Shown in pieces: positions 1 to 10,451 of a stretch of DNA of 64,000 nt (position 1 is its first letter; the number at the start of each line of letters is the position of its first letter). Source of the stretch: a virus. Taxonomy: Duplodnaviria; Caudoviricetes. The DNA lies in the IMG/VR virus record IMGVR_UViG_3300035390_000014, positions 96,001-160,000 of that record. One strand, given 5' to 3'. The position numbers and the translations under genes are program-made. The notes beneath the pieces are model-generated. The model searched no databases. It was not told the DNA's origin and saw only the letters and a program-made list of their open reading frames with translations.

Positions 1-257
1 ATAAAACTGATGGTTGTCCAAGAGTTATATCAGAAATTTTAACAACAGGTACCCCACTATTTATAAGTGACCAAACCAGAGCTTTAAATTACTATAGATG
101 CCCAGGTGTTACATCCTTTAATGATGCTGATTTTGAAAGAACCGTTAATGTATGTATGAATGCATATTCTGGAATAAAAGAACAAATGATGAAAAGTAAA
201 CGTAGATTTACTATGGATTTGATTTGTAGAAGAAATTGGGAACAATGGAATAAATGA
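1..257 (+). CDS. partial GT-B glycosyltransferase (C-terminal part)
   Basis: Frame from nt 3 reads KTDGCPRVISEILTTGTP, resembling the GT4 E-x7-E motif region; TGA at 255-257. Confidence 0.5.
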   Translation, partial: KTDGCPRVISEILTTGTPLFISDQTRALNYYRCPGVTSFNDADFERTVNVCMNAYSGIKEQMMKSKRRFTMDLICRRNWEQWNK

Positions 258-321
258 GAAAGTATTTTTAATAATTGGAACATATTATTAAATAAAATGA
301 ATTTTAAAAGGGGAATAGTAT

Positions 322-870
322 ATGTATGATTTAGTGATATTGTATAGTGGCGGCGCAGATTCAAGAATAATGTTAGAACTTTGTAGAGAACTTGATCTTA
401 AACCTTATTGTATTATGATTGATTATGGGCAACTTAATAAAGAAGAATTAAAATTTGCAACTAGTCATCTTGAAAAAGCATTGATTGATCACCATACTGT
501 TTGGATTAAAGGATTGAATGTTGATAGTGGTTTAACAGGAAATGGAATCCCTGATTTTAGTGGAGATGTTCATACAATGCATGTCCCTGGAAGAAATACA
601 ATGTTTCTTAGTATAGCATATAGTATTGCTGAAAGTAAAGGTATTGATACAATTTGGTTGGGAAGTGATTGGGATGATAGATTAAATTTATTTCCTGATT
701 GTTATCAAGAATATATTGTTGCAATGAATGAGGCATTTAAATATGCAGGTCCAAAACCAATTAAAATAGAAGCACCTCTATCAGGTCTTTCAAAAGTAAA
801 TATTATTAAGATGCTTAAAAGTAGAGGAATTGAGGAGCATGAAATCTTTTCTGGATATGGAGATTTGTAA
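322..870 (+). CDS. queC: 7-cyano-7-deazaguanine synthase (short form)
   Basis: ILYSGGADS PP-loop, VPGRNTMFLSIA and FPDC motifs; no C-terminal CGxCxxC. Confidence 0.85.
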   Translation: MYDLVILYSGGADSRIMLELCRELDLKPYCIMIDYGQLNKEELKFATSHLEKALIDHHTVWIKGLNVDSGLTGNGIPDFSGDVHTMHVPGRNTMFLSIAYSIAESKGIDTIWLGSDWDDRLNLFPDCYQEYIVAMNEAFKYAGPKPIKIEAPLSGLSKVNIIKMLKSRGIEEHEIFSGYGDL

Positions 871-1046
871 TGGAGTTTATAAATAATTATTTTTGGATTG
901 CAGTTATATTTATACTGGTATGGTTTAAAATAGATTGTAGAAAATATAATAGGTTTGTGGTTGATAAATTTGAAGTGTTTATGTATTATATTTTTAGTTA
1001 TTTTACTGTTTTACATTTTATGACTAATGGAATATTTAGGGGTTGA
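870..1046 (+). CDS. small membrane protein (58 aa)
   Basis: Manually translated MEFINNYFWIAVIFILVWF...; fills the gap, start overlaps the queC stop. Confidence 0.5.
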   Translation: MEFINNYFWIAVIFILVWFKIDCRKYNRFVVDKFEVFMYYIFSYFTVLHFMTNGIFRG

Positions 1047-1612
1047 AAATGAAATTAAAATGTATTATTAATTTATTTGGTGGACCAGGTGTCGGTAAAA
1101 GTACTGTTGCTGCAGAATTATTTGCAGTGATGAAAAAAGTAAATTATAATGTAGAATTTGTTACTGAATATGCTAAAGAATTGACTTACGAAGGAAGGTA
1201 TAATATTCTAGAACAGGATCAATTATATGTCTTTGCAAAACAACATAGAAAAATAATGAGATTAAGAGACAAAGTTGAATATATTATAACTGATAGTCCT
1301 TTATTATTATCCGCAGTATATTCAGAATTAAATCCTTATAATGTTTTTGATCATGATTTATTTATAAACTTAGTATATAATATAAATGATAAATATAATA
1401 ACTTAAATATTCTTTTAGAAAGAAATATGAATTTTAATTATAAACAAGAGGGTAGATATCAAGATGAAGCAGGAGCTTTATTTGTAGATAATGCTATAAG
1501 AAAAACTATTGAAAAACAAAAAATAGATATAACGCCTATAATTTCAGATCATTGTACAATAGAAAAAATTATAGCCCTTCAAAAAGGAAAAATGAAAAAT
1601 GAAATGGGATGA
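1043..1612 (+). CDS. NadR-type AAA / nucleotide kinase
   Basis: Walker A FGGPGVGKST; ITDSPLLLS. Confidence 0.7.
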   Translation: MKMKLKCIINLFGGPGVGKSTVAAELFAVMKKVNYNVEFVTEYAKELTYEGRYNILEQDQLYVFAKQHRKIMRLRDKVEYIITDSPLLLSAVYSELNPYNVFDHDLFINLVYNINDKYNNLNILLERNMNFNYKQEGRYQDEAGALFVDNAIRKTIEKQKIDITPIISDHCTIEKIIALQKGKMKNEMG

Positions 1613-2129
1613 ATATTATTTAGGAATATGTGATGCAGTATCGAAAAAATCTAAATGTCATTCAAGACAAATTGGAGCAATATTAGTTAAAGATAAAATT
1701 GTTATATCAACCGGATATAATGGACCAGCAAGAGATGTTCCAGAATGTAGACTAAGATTATATAGAGATAAGAATATTGAGAAAGAATTAGAGAAAAGAG
1801 AAATAACCGATTCTCAGATAAAAGCTGCATATGATGCTAAAATGTGTCCAAGAAAAGTTATGGGATTTCCTTCTGGTGAAGGACTTGAATGGTGTAATGC
1901 TGTTCACTCTGAAAAAAATTGTTTGTTGGCTGCAGCGAGAATGGGTATATCTACTAAAGGTGCAATTCTTTATATGAATGCTGAAGTATCACCATGTACT
2001 CAATGTTATTCAGCTTGTATTAATGCTGGTATTAAAGAAATTGTATTGATTAAAAATAATATATATGATCCTTCTCTTGAATTTTGTATTGAATATGCAA
2101 AACTGCCAATAAGGGAATTTGATATATGA
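1599..2129 (+). CDS. dCMP deaminase family
   Basis: STGYNGP, HSEKN and PCTQC zinc deaminase motifs. Confidence 0.85.
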   Translation: MKWDEYYLGICDAVSKKSKCHSRQIGAILVKDKIVISTGYNGPARDVPECRLRLYRDKNIEKELEKREITDSQIKAAYDAKMCPRKVMGFPSGEGLEWCNAVHSEKNCLLAAARMGISTKGAILYMNAEVSPCTQCYSACINAGIKEIVLIKNNIYDPSLEFCIEYAKLPIREFDI

Positions 2130-2926
2130 AAAATATTTGTGTTATTGGTAATGGTTATGTTGGTGCGGCAATGGTTGAATTGTTAAAAGATAAACATATA
2201 GTTAAAATTAAAGAAATAGATGATGATTACAGAAATGTTAATGAATCAAATTTAGCTATTATATGTGTACCAACTGAAATGAGAGAAGATGGAACATGTG
2301 ATACTTCTATAGTTGAAAAAGTTATTGAAGAATCTAATGCTCCTTATTACTTAATTAAATCAACTGTAACGCCAGGTACCACTTTAGAATTATCTTACAA
2401 ATATAAAAAGAAAATAGTATTTTCACCCGAGTATATTGGAGAAGGAAATTACCCAACCCCTCATTGGGATGGGATTCCACATGCAACAAATATAAAACTA
2501 CATGAATTTCAAATATTTGGTGGCCAAAGAGATCACTGTGGTTTTATGATTGATATTTTTATGCCAATTCTTGGACCTTATTGCAAATTTATTCAAACAG
2601 ATTCAACTTCTGCTGAATTAGTTAAATATATGGAGAATACTTATCTTGCAACTAAAGTAGTTTTTAGTCATGAGTTCGCTCGTATATCAAAACTTTTTGG
2701 AAGAGATTATAATGAAATAAGAGAACTATTTCTTTTGGATAAAAGATGTGAGAGAGGATCTACTGCTATATTTAATGGTAAATTGGGTTTTGGTGGAAAG
2801 TGTTTACCTAAAGATATTGCAGGAATATATGCTGCTGCAAAGGAAAGAGGTTTTGATTCTAAATTTCTGAAGCAAGTTATTGATACTAATAAGGAACTAA
2901 AAAATGAAACAAAGAAAGATAGGTGA
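2126..2926 (+). CDS. UDP-glucose/GDP-mannose dehydrogenase family
   Basis: GNGYVG Rossmann motif, FSPEY, KYMENTYLATKV, GFGGKCLPKD. Confidence 0.85.
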   Translation: MKNICVIGNGYVGAAMVELLKDKHIVKIKEIDDDYRNVNESNLAIICVPTEMREDGTCDTSIVEKVIEESNAPYYLIKSTVTPGTTLELSYKYKKKIVFSPEYIGEGNYPTPHWDGIPHATNIKLHEFQIFGGQRDHCGFMIDIFMPILGPYCKFIQTDSTSAELVKYMENTYLATKVVFSHEFARISKLFGRDYNEIRELFLLDKRCERGSTAIFNGKLGFGGKCLPKDIAGIYAAAKERGFDSKFLKQVIDTNKELKNETKKDR

Positions 2927-3380
2927 AGAGTTAGAGAAAAATCAAATTAAAGGAGAAGCTATAAGATATGATTATGGTAAACTTCGTTGGGATTTGATGC
3001 CAGATGATGCACTTGAAAAAATTGTTGAAATATATACTCATGGAGCAATTAAATATAATGATGAAAATTGGCGTGATGGGTTTTCATGGAAGCGTTGTAT
3101 TGGTTCTCTAAAAAGACATTTAAAAGCATTCACTACCGGAGAAGATATTGATGAAGATAGTGGAGCATTACATTTAAGTCAAGTAGCATGGAACGCAATA
3201 ACTCTCTTATGGTTTCAAATACATGGTAAAGGAACTGATGATAGAGTTATAACATTTGATCATCCAGAGTTAATGATTCAATGTAAAGAAGATATACAAA
3301 AACAGATTGATATGTTTTGGGAAATTTGTGAAAAAAAGATGAAGGAGAAAGAGAATGGCAAAAGTATATCTAGCAGGTAG
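2904..3380 (+). CDS. dATP/dGTP diphosphohydrolase domain protein (DUF5664-like)
   Basis: RYDYGKLRWDLMP, GAIKY..NW, DEDSGALHLSQVAWNA. Confidence 0.75.
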   Translation: MKQRKIGEELEKNQIKGEAIRYDYGKLRWDLMPDDALEKIVEIYTHGAIKYNDENWRDGFSWKRCIGSLKRHLKAFTTGEDIDEDSGALHLSQVAWNAITLLWFQIHGKGTDDRVITFDHPELMIQCKEDIQKQIDMFWEICEKKMKEKENGKSISSR

Positions 3381-3792
3381 TATTTGGGAAACTGATTATC
3401 GTGAATATGTCCATAAAAATTATAAAGATAAATTAACAATTTTAGATCCATTAATTGAAAATGGAGTTACTGTAAATATTATAACTAAAACAGTTGATAG
3501 GACAAGAGAAAATTTTGAAATTGTTGAATTAGATAAAGAGATGATTAGAAAATCTGATATCTTTGTTGCTTTTATAAGACAATGGACGGCAGGAACTTTA
3601 ATGGAAATAATGTATGCATATGAAAATCATAAACCTGTATACATAATAACCGACCCGGACGCAGTATTGCATTTAGACATTTGGTTATCATATCATTACA
3701 CAAGAAACTTTTTCAATATTGAAACTTGCTTTGATCATATATTAAAACAAGTTGAATGTAAAGATCAACAAGAAACATTAAACAAAATATAA
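3355..3792 (+). CDS. nucleoside 2-deoxyribosyltransferase-like protein
   Basis: KVYLAG start, SDIFVA, GTLMEIMYA. Confidence 0.65.
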   Translation: MAKVYLAGSIWETDYREYVHKNYKDKLTILDPLIENGVTVNIITKTVDRTRENFEIVELDKEMIRKSDIFVAFIRQWTAGTLMEIMYAYENHKPVYIITDPDAVLHLDIWLSYHYTRNFFNIETCFDHILKQVECKDQQETLNKI

Positions 3793-3863
3793 TAACCATT
3801 CTATATATATTAATATACATATGAAGTATCAATTATTATATTAATTTTATAGGAGATTTTATT

Positions 3864-4079
3864 ATGACAGACTTTGGTGATGCAATTAGAGAGAATATTA
3901 TTTACACAAGATTTGGTAAAAAATATCTAAAATGTAAAAGAGATGAAGTTATTAAGGAAGGTGCAATGCAGTCTTGGTGCTTTGGTGAATTGCAACCAAT
4001 TATGAATACAGATAGTGAAACAATTGGTGATACTCCATCTTCTTTTTCAGACGAAAGAGATTTCTATAACCCATATTAA
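3864..4079 (+). CDS. hypothetical protein
   Basis: ORF with AGGAG RBS downstream of motif B. Confidence 0.55.
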   Translation: MTDFGDAIRENIIYTRFGKKYLKCKRDEVIKEGAMQSWCFGELQPIMNTDSETIGDTPSSFSDERDFYNPY

Positions 4080-4090
4080 TGAGGTGTTAA

Positions 4091-5401
4091 GTGGATCATA
4101 TTGATATTGTACGAAGGTTGTGTGACAACAACTGTAGCACCTATTTGGTAGGTGGTGGGATCAGGGATATGTTACTTGGTAACGATCCTGATGATTTTGA
4201 TGTTGTCACAGAAGCAACTCCTGATAAGGTGATGGAGTTGTTCAAAGATTGTAATGTAAAACAGGTTGGAAAATCATTTGGAGTTATTTTAGTTGAAGGT
4301 TATGAAGTTGCAACCTTTAGATATGATAGATATAAAGATTCTAAATGTATTGTTTCATTTGCAGATAATATTCATGAGGATTTAAAGAGAAGAGATTTAA
4401 CAGTTAATGCTATGGCATTTTGTGAATTAACTGGAGAATTGATTGATGATCATGGTGGACGAGATGATCTTGATAGAAGGATTATTAAATTTGTTGATGA
4501 TCCTGATATAAGAATTAAAGAAGATCCTTGTAGGATTCTTAGAGCTTGTAGATTTTTATCTAAAATTGATGGAACATTTGAGTATAATACATTCAAATCA
4601 TTAAAAAGAAATGTATGGAAATATAAAATTGCCCCTGAAAGAATTAGACTTGAAATTTTAAAAGCAATGAAAAATAAGGAAGCTTCTAAATTTTTTAAAG
4701 CTTTAAAATCAATTGGTATGTTGAAACATATTCTACCAAGTCTTGATAAATGTTGGAAACATGAACATGGGATCCATCATAAGGAAGATGTATTTGATCA
4801 CTGTATGTATTGTGGAGATTCAATTTCTTGTGATGACCCAATTCTTAAATTAACTGGCTATCTTCATGATGTTGGGAAACCAATTTCTTTTAAAGATGGA
4901 AAGTTTATTTATCATGAGATAGAAGGTGCTGAGGCATTAGAAAAAGAGTTGAAAGCATTAACATTTACTCTTGATGAAATTAAAAGAATATGTAGTCTGG
5001 TTAGATTACATATGAACTCAATTCAAAAAATGACTCCAAAAGCAATTAGAAAGTTGCTTAGAAAATTTGATGAATATGGGGTTATAATTGATGATTTCAT
5101 GGTATTGAGAAAAGCGGATAGAAGAGCTAACATTGCAAGAGAGGATTTTACACCAGAAGAATGGATTGCAATGGAACAACAACTAAGACAAGAGATTCTT
5201 GAAGATAAACCTTTTAACATTCATAGTCTTATATTTAAAGGTAGAGATATCATTGAAGTATTTGATTTATTACCTGGAGCAAGAATTGGTAAGATTCAAC
5301 ATTTGATGATGGATTATATTGTTGAAGAAGGTCAACAATATAATACTTATGAAGATTTAAAGGAATATGTTATTAAAGTTTTAAAAGAAAAATTGGTTTA
5401 G
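4091..5401 (+). CDS. cca: CCA-adding tRNA nucleotidyltransferase with HD domain
   Basis: LVGGGIRD, DFDVVT, DLKRRDLTVNAMA, EDPCRILRACRF, HDVGK; CCA versus poly(A) activity not resolvable by eye. Confidence 0.85.
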   Translation: MDHIDIVRRLCDNNCSTYLVGGGIRDMLLGNDPDDFDVVTEATPDKVMELFKDCNVKQVGKSFGVILVEGYEVATFRYDRYKDSKCIVSFADNIHEDLKRRDLTVNAMAFCELTGELIDDHGGRDDLDRRIIKFVDDPDIRIKEDPCRILRACRFLSKIDGTFEYNTFKSLKRNVWKYKIAPERIRLEILKAMKNKEASKFFKALKSIGMLKHILPSLDKCWKHEHGIHHKEDVFDHCMYCGDSISCDDPILKLTGYLHDVGKPISFKDGKFIYHEIEGAEALEKELKALTFTLDEIKRICSLVRLHMNSIQKMTPKAIRKLLRKFDEYGVIIDDFMVLRKADRRANIAREDFTPEEWIAMEQQLRQEILEDKPFNIHSLIFKGRDIIEVFDLLPGARIGKIQHLMMDYIVEEGQQYNTYEDLKEYVIKVLKEKLV

Positions 5402-5402
5402 T

Positions 5403-5439
5403 AAAAAAATGTCGTGCTTATATAGGCGACATTTTTTTT
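5403..5439 (+). terminator. intrinsic terminator
   Basis: AAAAAAATGTCG/CGACATTTTTTT inverted repeat plus T-run. Confidence 0.7.
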
Positions 5440-5498
5440 GTCAATTTTTTATACAAATGGAACATAATATAAATGAAATGTATATAGGAGAATTAAAA

Positions 5499-6569
5499 AT
5501 GAGCATCGTAGATAAACTAACCAGTCGAGGTTTAATCACCCCACCCCCACATCTTAAAACTAATATTCACTTTGAAGTTATGATGGGATCAATTGCTTAT
5601 GGTTGTAGTAATGATGCATCTGATTGTGATGTTTATGGTTTTAGTATTCCACCAAAAGATATAATCTTTCCTCATATAAATGGTTACATTATTGGGTTTG
5701 GTAGACAACCTAAAAAATTCGAGCAGTATCAGCAGCACCACATCAAGGATGAAATCCATAACAAAGAATATGATATTACCATTTATAATATCATTAAATA
5801 CTTCCAACTTGTAATGCAAAACAATCCTAATATGATTGATTCTTTATTTGTACCAAGAAGATGTATTTTACATTCAACTCAAGTTGGTGAAAGAGTTAGA
5901 GAAATGAGAAGATTATTTCTAACTAAAAAAGCATGGCATACATTTAAAGGTTATGCTTATTCTCAATTGAATAAATGTAAGAATAAAAGTATTCAACAAT
6001 ATATTGAATTATGTAAAAGAATGGAAATTGATTTTCATATCTCTATGGAAGATTTTGATACTTATAATGAGGAAAATTATGTATCAACAGTCAATAGAGA
6101 ATTATTTAAAGCATTATATTCTAAAGTTCATCAATCAGGTAAAATAACTAAACGATTAGACGTTATTGATAAATTTGGTTATGATGTTAAATTTGCTTAT
6201 CATATTGTAAGACTTTTAAATGAAGTTGAGCAAATTCTGGTTGAACAAGATTTAGACCTAGAACGAAATAGAGAACAATTAAAATCTATTAGACGTGGTG
6301 ATTGGACTCTTCCAGAAATTGAAAATTACTTTGCTGAAAAAGAATTATCATTAGAAAAGTTATATACTTCAAGTACTCTTAGACATTCACCAGATGAAGA
6401 AGGTATTAAAAAACTTCTAATGGAATGTTTAGAGATGCATTATGGTAGTTTAGATGCATGTGTTGTACAACCAGATAAAGCTATTGAGGCTTTAAAATTG
6501 ATTGAAGAAATTTCTGGAGGTATATTAAGAAAGAAAAATGAGTTCCTAATTACAGGAAAGGTTTATTAA
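5499..6569 (+). CDS. pol-beta superfamily nucleotidyltransferase (RlaP/YcgL-like)
   Basis: GSIAYG..SDCDVYG motif, NNPNMIDSLF, KFAYHIVRLL; start moved to ATG 5499 after GGAG RBS. Confidence 0.75.
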   Translation: MSIVDKLTSRGLITPPPHLKTNIHFEVMMGSIAYGCSNDASDCDVYGFSIPPKDIIFPHINGYIIGFGRQPKKFEQYQQHHIKDEIHNKEYDITIYNIIKYFQLVMQNNPNMIDSLFVPRRCILHSTQVGERVREMRRLFLTKKAWHTFKGYAYSQLNKCKNKSIQQYIELCKRMEIDFHISMEDFDTYNEENYVSTVNRELFKALYSKVHQSGKITKRLDVIDKFGYDVKFAYHIVRLLNEVEQILVEQDLDLERNREQLKSIRRGDWTLPEIENYFAEKELSLEKLYTSSTLRHSPDEEGIKKLLMECLEMHYGSLDACVVQPDKAIEALKLIEEISGGILRKKNEFLITGKVY

Positions 6570-6579
6570 GGAGTTTAAA

Positions 6580-6774
6580 ATGAAAGAAATAACTTTAAAA
6601 TTTGAAACAGAAGAATTGTATAATGATTTTATAGGTTGGTTTTGTGATGGTGGTGGAGAAGATAATTTTTATTCTACAATAGAATATACTGATAGAACAC
6701 CATTTATTACACATACAACTTTTGAAAATAGTAAAGTTAAATCAATTAATTTTAAAGAATGTAATAAAGAATAA
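6580..6774 (+). CDS. hypothetical protein
   Basis: ORF with AAGGAG RBS. Confidence 0.55.
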   Translation: MKEITLKFETEELYNDFIGWFCDGGGEDNFYSTIEYTDRTPFITHTTFENSKVKSINFKECNKE

Positions 6775-6816
6775 GAAGTTATTATTATCATAAAGAACAT
6801 ATTTAAAAGGTGAATT

Positions 6817-7416
6817 ATGAATAAGTATGACGGACATAGGCAAGATAAAACAGCTAATACTATAGATGAGATTGCTAACAAATTGAAAACAGTGGAGGAT
6901 GAAATGGATAAAGAAATTACAGGCGGAAATGAACAGGCGGTTAAAGTAACACCAATGGAAATTGCTAAATCACTATTGGTCAAAAGAACTTTGAAGGGTG
7001 GGCGAATGGGAATTGATGATGATCTTTGCAACACAAATCTAATTTCAAAGGATTATAGTCCAATGTTTATTAGAAAATTTAATGCGAAGGCCCTACATAA
7101 TTGGCCTCTATATGTATCAATGATTTGTGATGAAGATGTTAGTGATATTGATTCAGTTGTTAATGGTGCTTTGAAAGCTGCTGATGAAGCTGGACTTTTG
7201 GGTAATAATCTTCAGAATATGAGAAATTTGACAGGGATTATTTCTGAGACTCTATCAACATATTATAACAATAAAAAAGAAAATTGTGTTGAGGGAATTG
7301 CTGTAACATTATATATAGACAAAGCTTATATTCAAAGTCTTTCTGGAGACTTTATGAACCATGCCCAGTGTCGCAGTGAATATACTCAGGCATTGATGAT
7401 GATGACACAGATTTAA
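6817..7416 (+). CDS. hypothetical protein
   Basis: 199 aa ORF with AAGGTG RBS. Confidence 0.6.
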   Translation: MNKYDGHRQDKTANTIDEIANKLKTVEDEMDKEITGGNEQAVKVTPMEIAKSLLVKRTLKGGRMGIDDDLCNTNLISKDYSPMFIRKFNAKALHNWPLYVSMICDEDVSDIDSVVNGALKAADEAGLLGNNLQNMRNLTGIISETLSTYYNNKKENCVEGIAVTLYIDKAYIQSLSGDFMNHAQCRSEYTQALMMMTQI

Positions 7417-7572
7417 AATGAAAATTATAGAAGTAAAGTGTTGTGGGGGCTGTCCATATCTATCACCTTATGATTGGCAGTTACCCACAAAATGCACACT
7501 TTTTGATTTTATAATTAAAGATGAATCAATTGTTCATCCTAATTGTAAATTGAAAGATAAGGAAGAATAATT

Positions 7573-7908
7573 ATGGTAGCTAAAGCTCAAGTATATATGT
7601 GTCAATATTGCATGTCTTTATTTTTAGAAGAAGAAGATGCAATTAAATGTGAAGAGATTCATGCTTCTTATACAAATCTTGAAGTAGCTGATAGTAGACA
7701 GTTTGATGATATACATAATGAATATGGAGAACAAAGGTTCCCTAAACATATACTACTATCTGATAAAAGATATAGTGGAGTTTTAGCAGAATACCATCGG
7801 GGGTCAGTTGCTTCTATGGAGGATTTTTATGAACATGAACCTTGGTCTGATGAATCCAATAAAAAAGTTGATGACCGTATGGCGATTAAAACGACTAACG
7901 AAGAATAA
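7573..7908 (+). CDS. hypothetical protein, N-terminal CxxC
   Basis: ORF track. Confidence 0.55.
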   Translation: MVAKAQVYMCQYCMSLFLEEEDAIKCEEIHASYTNLEVADSRQFDDIHNEYGEQRFPKHILLSDKRYSGVLAEYHRGSVASMEDFYEHEPWSDESNKKVDDRMAIKTTNEE

Positions 7909-8136
7909 TAAAACTTTATTAACAGAAGGATCTACTATGGGATTTAAATCTACATCTACTATTTTCTATAGTAGATCCTGCATATATTATGATGAAATAG
8001 GGGTTTGTAATAAAAAACCAAGAGATGGTTTATATAGACAGGAATGTAAAGTTCCATGTTCAATTGGTAAGTTTAAAAGACCCCAACCACCACCTCCACC
8101 ACCACCAAGAAAAATTAATTATTAAAGGAGTTATAT

Positions 8137-8856
8137 ATGACAGACAAAGAAATAATTAAAAAAGTTAAAGAATGGTTTGACATGTACCCTCCTGAGTATG
8201 GTTCTATAGAAGAGTGGAATATAATTGATAAAATTAATAAGTTAAAATACCCAAAAAGATATTGGATTGCTGAAACCTTAATTCCAAATACTTGGTGGCC
8301 AATTACTCGAACTTATAATAAAATTGTTAGTTATATAAGATTTGGTTTCTTTGAAAAATTACATTTAATTGATACTAAATTACCTCATGACTATCAAGAA
8401 GTAGATACAAGACTTTTACATGGATCGTTTTCTTTGTTAGTTGATTTTGTTGAAATTGAAAAAGCATGGATGCAAGCAATATTTAGTGAAAATTATAAAA
8501 GACCATGGTGGAAATTAGATAGTCGTTTTAGAGATAGAGAATTAGGATTAAAGTATCTTGATTGGGAAATAACTTTAATCAACAGCGAATATTCTGATCT
8601 TCAAGGCATTAATGCTAAAATTATTAAAGAATTATATCTATGGTGGGTTGATAGTCGCCCAAATAGAATAGAGCCATATAGTATAATGGAAGATATACCA
8701 GAAGATTCAACCGGAAGAAAAGATTGGTTTGGTAAAAAAGATCCTAATAGAACTGAAACTTATAAAATAATTGATAAACTTGAAACAGATTATTTTAATG
8801 AAGATACTTTAATGTTGAAAAAATTAGTTTCAATCAGAGCATCATTGTGGACTTAG
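8137..8856 (+). CDS. hypothetical protein
   Basis: 239 aa Trp-rich ORF, AAGGAG RBS. Confidence 0.6.
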   Translation: MTDKEIIKKVKEWFDMYPPEYGSIEEWNIIDKINKLKYPKRYWIAETLIPNTWWPITRTYNKIVSYIRFGFFEKLHLIDTKLPHDYQEVDTRLLHGSFSLLVDFVEIEKAWMQAIFSENYKRPWWKLDSRFRDRELGLKYLDWEITLINSEYSDLQGINAKIIKELYLWWVDSRPNRIEPYSIMEDIPEDSTGRKDWFGKKDPNRTETYKIIDKLETDYFNEDTLMLKKLVSIRASLWT

Positions 8857-9646
8857 AATATGAATGTAAACTATGTAAAGGCACAGGGTTATTAAATGGT
8901 ACAGGATTAGCAAAAACTATAAAACCAGATATCCCACAATTTTTAGTTTATGAATGCTATGGTTGTCAAGGCACAGGAAAAGTTGATTGGATTACAAATG
9001 TAGTTGGATTTAATGGAGAGATATATCTTTCACGAAGAGTTATAACAAAAGGAGAATATAATGAACTTGAATCCAGGTGAAATAATTTGTGACGAATGTC
9101 TTGGAACAGGGGCGTCACTTGCTTATAATTTATGTCCTAAATGTCAAGGTGTTGGCAAACTTGATTGGATTGAAGCAGTAGTTGGTAAAAAAAATGAATT
9201 TATATGGGATAATACAGAAATTATAAAAACTCCACTAACTGCTAAAGAAAGAAGATTAAAAGATTTATGGAATATGGAATTTAAATTAGATGTAAAAAGC
9301 ATATACAGTGAGGATTTGTTCAATGGAATTAAACCCAGGTGAAATAATTTGTGATCAATGCAATGGTACTGGGAAAGAATATATTGGGGTACCTATACCA
9401 AGAGGCGATATTTATAATAATTGTCCTAAATGTCAAGGTGTTGGTAAACTTGATTGGATTGAAGCAGTAGTTGGTAAAAAAACAAAGAATAATATATTCA
9501 ATGGGGCAACTTGGATGGAACCTAATGGAAATCATCCTTCAAATCCTCAAGTTGGTCAAGCTTATATAAATACAAATAATAATGAGGCCTATGTTTATGA
9601 TGGTAATACATGGGTACAAGTAGTTTCATCTACAACCCAATTATAG
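8847..9646 (+). repeat. three tandem paralogous DnaJ-type zinc finger genes (8847-9080, 9061-9342, 9323-9646)
   Basis: CxxCxGxG twice plus GK(V/L)DWI in each; near-identical ~60 nt DNA blocks near 9130-9192 and 9420-9482. Confidence 0.8.
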
Positions 9647-9660
9647 GATTAAAAACTTAA

Positions 9661-10317
9661 ATGGATAATTCTTTATTTATAAATGAAATATGTATAGGAT
9701 TACTTGGTAAATGTAATTGGAATTGTAAATATTGTATAGCAAAGAATAATATTTCTTTTAATGAGGATGATATAATAGAACAAATAGTTCCTATGAAAGA
9801 TAAATTAAAAACATTGTGGTTATCTGGTGGTGAACCTGGAATATTATCTGATAATTTTTGGAACAAACTATTTAATTTAACAGAATATAAACTTAAAATT
9901 TGTACTAATGGAACATTTATTTTAAATGGATTTGCTGATAAATATGAATCTAAGATTAATGCAATTACGATTCATTGTGTAGAAGAATTAGATCAAGATA
10001 TTAATCCAATTGTTTTAAATTTTATTAAAACTACTAAAATTAAATTACAAGTCAATGTTGTTATACATAGATATAACGCTCATTTAATAAAATCTTTTTT
10101 ACAAAAATATAATGATATTAATATTGTATTTAATTTTTCTGATGAAAGCTTTTGCAAAATACCAGATTATAAATATTATATAAATAAAGATGCTGCAATT
10201 GAAATAATAAAGCAATTATCTGGTTTTAAACATTATGGTATTTATACAACACGTTTAGCTAAATGTATTATAAAAAATAATTTTAAATATATAAATCCAT
10301 GGTCAATCAAAAATTAA
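9661..10317 (+). CDS. radical SAM protein
   Basis: CNWNCKYC and SGGEP motifs. Confidence 0.75.
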   Translation: MDNSLFINEICIGLLGKCNWNCKYCIAKNNISFNEDDIIEQIVPMKDKLKTLWLSGGEPGILSDNFWNKLFNLTEYKLKICTNGTFILNGFADKYESKINAITIHCVEELDQDINPIVLNFIKTTKIKLQVNVVIHRYNAHLIKSFLQKYNDINIVFNFSDESFCKIPDYKYYINKDAAIEIIKQLSGFKHYGIYTTRLAKCIIKNNFKYINPWSIKN

Positions 10318-10338
10318 GTAGTTGATTTCTAAAACATA

Positions 10339-10355
10339 TAGAACATATTATAAAT
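10339..10355 (+). promoter_or_regulatory. motif A, GAACATA(T/A)TATAAA(T), putative phage late promoter (representative copy)
   Basis: GAAC starts at 5460, 10341, 13497, 19778, 23545, 27502, 28001, 29121, 29827, 32076, 39802, 40125, 46422, 46987, 49429, 50116, 53631, 61463; variant at 33555. All are upstream of or near the start of a + strand gene or RNA. Confidence 0.75.
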
Positions 10356-10366
10356 GAATGTATTGT

Positions 10367-10442
10367 AGGTCAGTAGCTCTAATGGGAGAGCACCAGACTC
10401 CAAATCTGGGTGTTGGGGGTTCGAATCCCTTCTGGCCTGCCA
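10367..10442 (+). tRNA. tRNA-Trp(CCA)
   Basis: Acceptor AGGTCAG/CTGGCCT, CCAGA-CTCCAAA-TCTGG, encoded CCA. Confidence 0.95.
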
Positions 10443-10451
10443 AAATTTTAT

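Noticed and set aside
8080-8110. CCA-rich repeat as a tRNA remnant
   Set aside because: It encodes the poly-proline tract PQPPPPPPP of a small ORF and has no tRNA arms
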